This document shows positions 62,581 through 64,000 of a stretch of 64,000 nucleotides of DNA, one piece after another. Position 1 is the stretch's first letter. Each line of letters opens with the position of its first letter. A model generated the notes under the pieces. The model saw only the letters and a list, made by a program, of their open reading frames with translations, was not told the DNA's origin and searched no databases. The position numbers were made by a program, and so were the translations under genes. Where the stretch lies: the NCBI RefSeq assembly GCF_009914755.1, contig NC_060943.1; one strand, given 5' to 3'. The DNA is from the human T2T-CHM13v2.0 reference genome, Homo sapiens.

Positions 62581-64000
62581 AAGCGCCCTGGGGCCACAGT
62601 GGTGGTGTATAAACCCAAGGCCCAGGCTCTGGAGGGTGGGAGTGGAAGGCCAGAGGCTCCTCATGCAGTGACCGCGTTTTCCGTGCTGCTTGGGATTTTC
62701 CCGGGGGAAGGGTCCTGACGGGCACCATCCTGTAGAATCGCCTCCATCTTTGCTGCCTGGCACAGGAGCCAGCAGCCACAGGAGGCTGCCGAGCCCCCAA
62801 AGCGTGGCCTGTGCAACCGGGGGGCAGGATTTTCAGCGCTGCTTGAGGGTAATAAACGCAAGTAGCCACGCGTGCCTGCGGCTCTCATAGCGGCTTCCGT
62901 GGGGTTTCCAGGGCAGTCTGCACCCCAAAGACCCCACTCCTAGAGCTCGAGATACCCTGTTCACACTCTTGGCATCTCCTGCCTGGTCCTCCAGCTCACC
63001 CGGCCTCCCTCCAGCCCCCCGGGCAGGTGTGATCTGGTGGCTGCTACACTGTCCCTGGGCAGGTGTGGGCCCCCTTTCTCTCCCCAAGAACCCACCCAGG
63101 GAATGCATGTTGGCGGCTCCCTACACTGTCCCTGGGCGGATGTGGGCCCCCTTTCTCTCCCCGCAAGTCCGCCCAGGGAATGCATGTTGTCTATCGAGTG
63201 AGCAGATGTCCCCCCGTTCCACGGCCAGACGGACGCCCTCTCCAGCCTCCTAGAGTCCCTCCCAGTTTCCTTGTGTGGCCTCTTGTTCTTCGCAGCCTCC
63301 TGACGTTCACCCCATTTTCCTTCCCCGATTCCCTCGGCCCCTTTTTGGTGGCGCCTCCCTCCCTTTCCCCTGCAGTCCTTTCTCTCTTTCCTCGCTTCTC
63401 TGGGGCCTTTGCCCACAATCCTGGGTTTTCTTCTGAGTCTTCTTTTCACTGGCCTCCTCCCCTGTACCCTCCTCCCTGGACCCCAGCTTTTCTTTCTCCT
63501 AGTGAGGAAGCTGGACGCAGCTTTCCCTGTATGTGGCATTCGCCCAGCTGGTCCGTGGGCTCCCGGGGTGAGCGGAGGAGCCCATGGGGCAGCCGCCCTG
63601 CCTCAGCCTCCATGCTCCTCATCTGCGCCCTGGGAAGCACAGTCCAGCTCTCGCAGGGTAGGCGAGGCCCAGCCAGCACACCCCTCTGTGTCACTCTGGC
63701 CGCCCCTGAGAGACTGGGAGTGGTTTGGGCCAGAGCCCTGCCGAGGACAGGCCCTTGAGAAGCCCCAGCGTGCTGCCTTTGAGGCCACCCTCCACCACCA
63801 TCTTCCCGGTGTGCTTTCACCCCCGGGCCCACTACCCGGAGGAGCTGCAACCCTTACTCGCTGGGGAGTCCTTTCCCAACTTCCTTCCTGCTGCTGTTGA
63901 GAGGCACAGGGCGGGGCGGTGCCCTTTGTGTTTGGGTGTGATCTGGGTCTCACTGGCCAGGTGCACAGCACCCCTCTCCTGGGAGTGGACTCTGGCCCTG

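Overview
Human (or very closely related primate) genomic DNA, recognisable as the GC-rich, Alu-dense 19p13.3 locus GNA15 - S1PR4 - NCLN. All three genes are on the + strand. It holds the complete 7-exon GNA15 (G-alpha 15/16) CDS (12241-39345, 374 aa, all introns GT-AG and in phase), the intronless S1PR4 CDS (53621-54775, 384 aa), and the CpG-island promoter plus first coding exon of NCLN (60851-61034). It also has an RPL35 processed pseudogene split by an AluY, many Alu/L1/L2/MIR/MLT/MER fragments, two ERV LTR pieces and several mini- and microsatellites. Almost all other ORFs in the track are Alu or tandem-repeat artefacts. I found no evidence of a new protein-coding system. The most interesting signals are: a complete solo LTR inserted into a 19/20-bp VNTR that expanded on one side only; a MIR-core-derived 39-bp VNTR and a doubled FOX:ETS motif upstream of S1PR4; an exact telomeric Tel21 G-quadruplex in GNA15 intron 4; an Alu with a 53-bp flanking duplication; uORFs in GNA15 and NCLN; a five-copy ZNF143/THAP11 motif array; and an apparent AT-to-GC substitution bias in the pseudogene. 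Repeat subfamily names are from memory and need RepeatMasker/Dfam confirmation.
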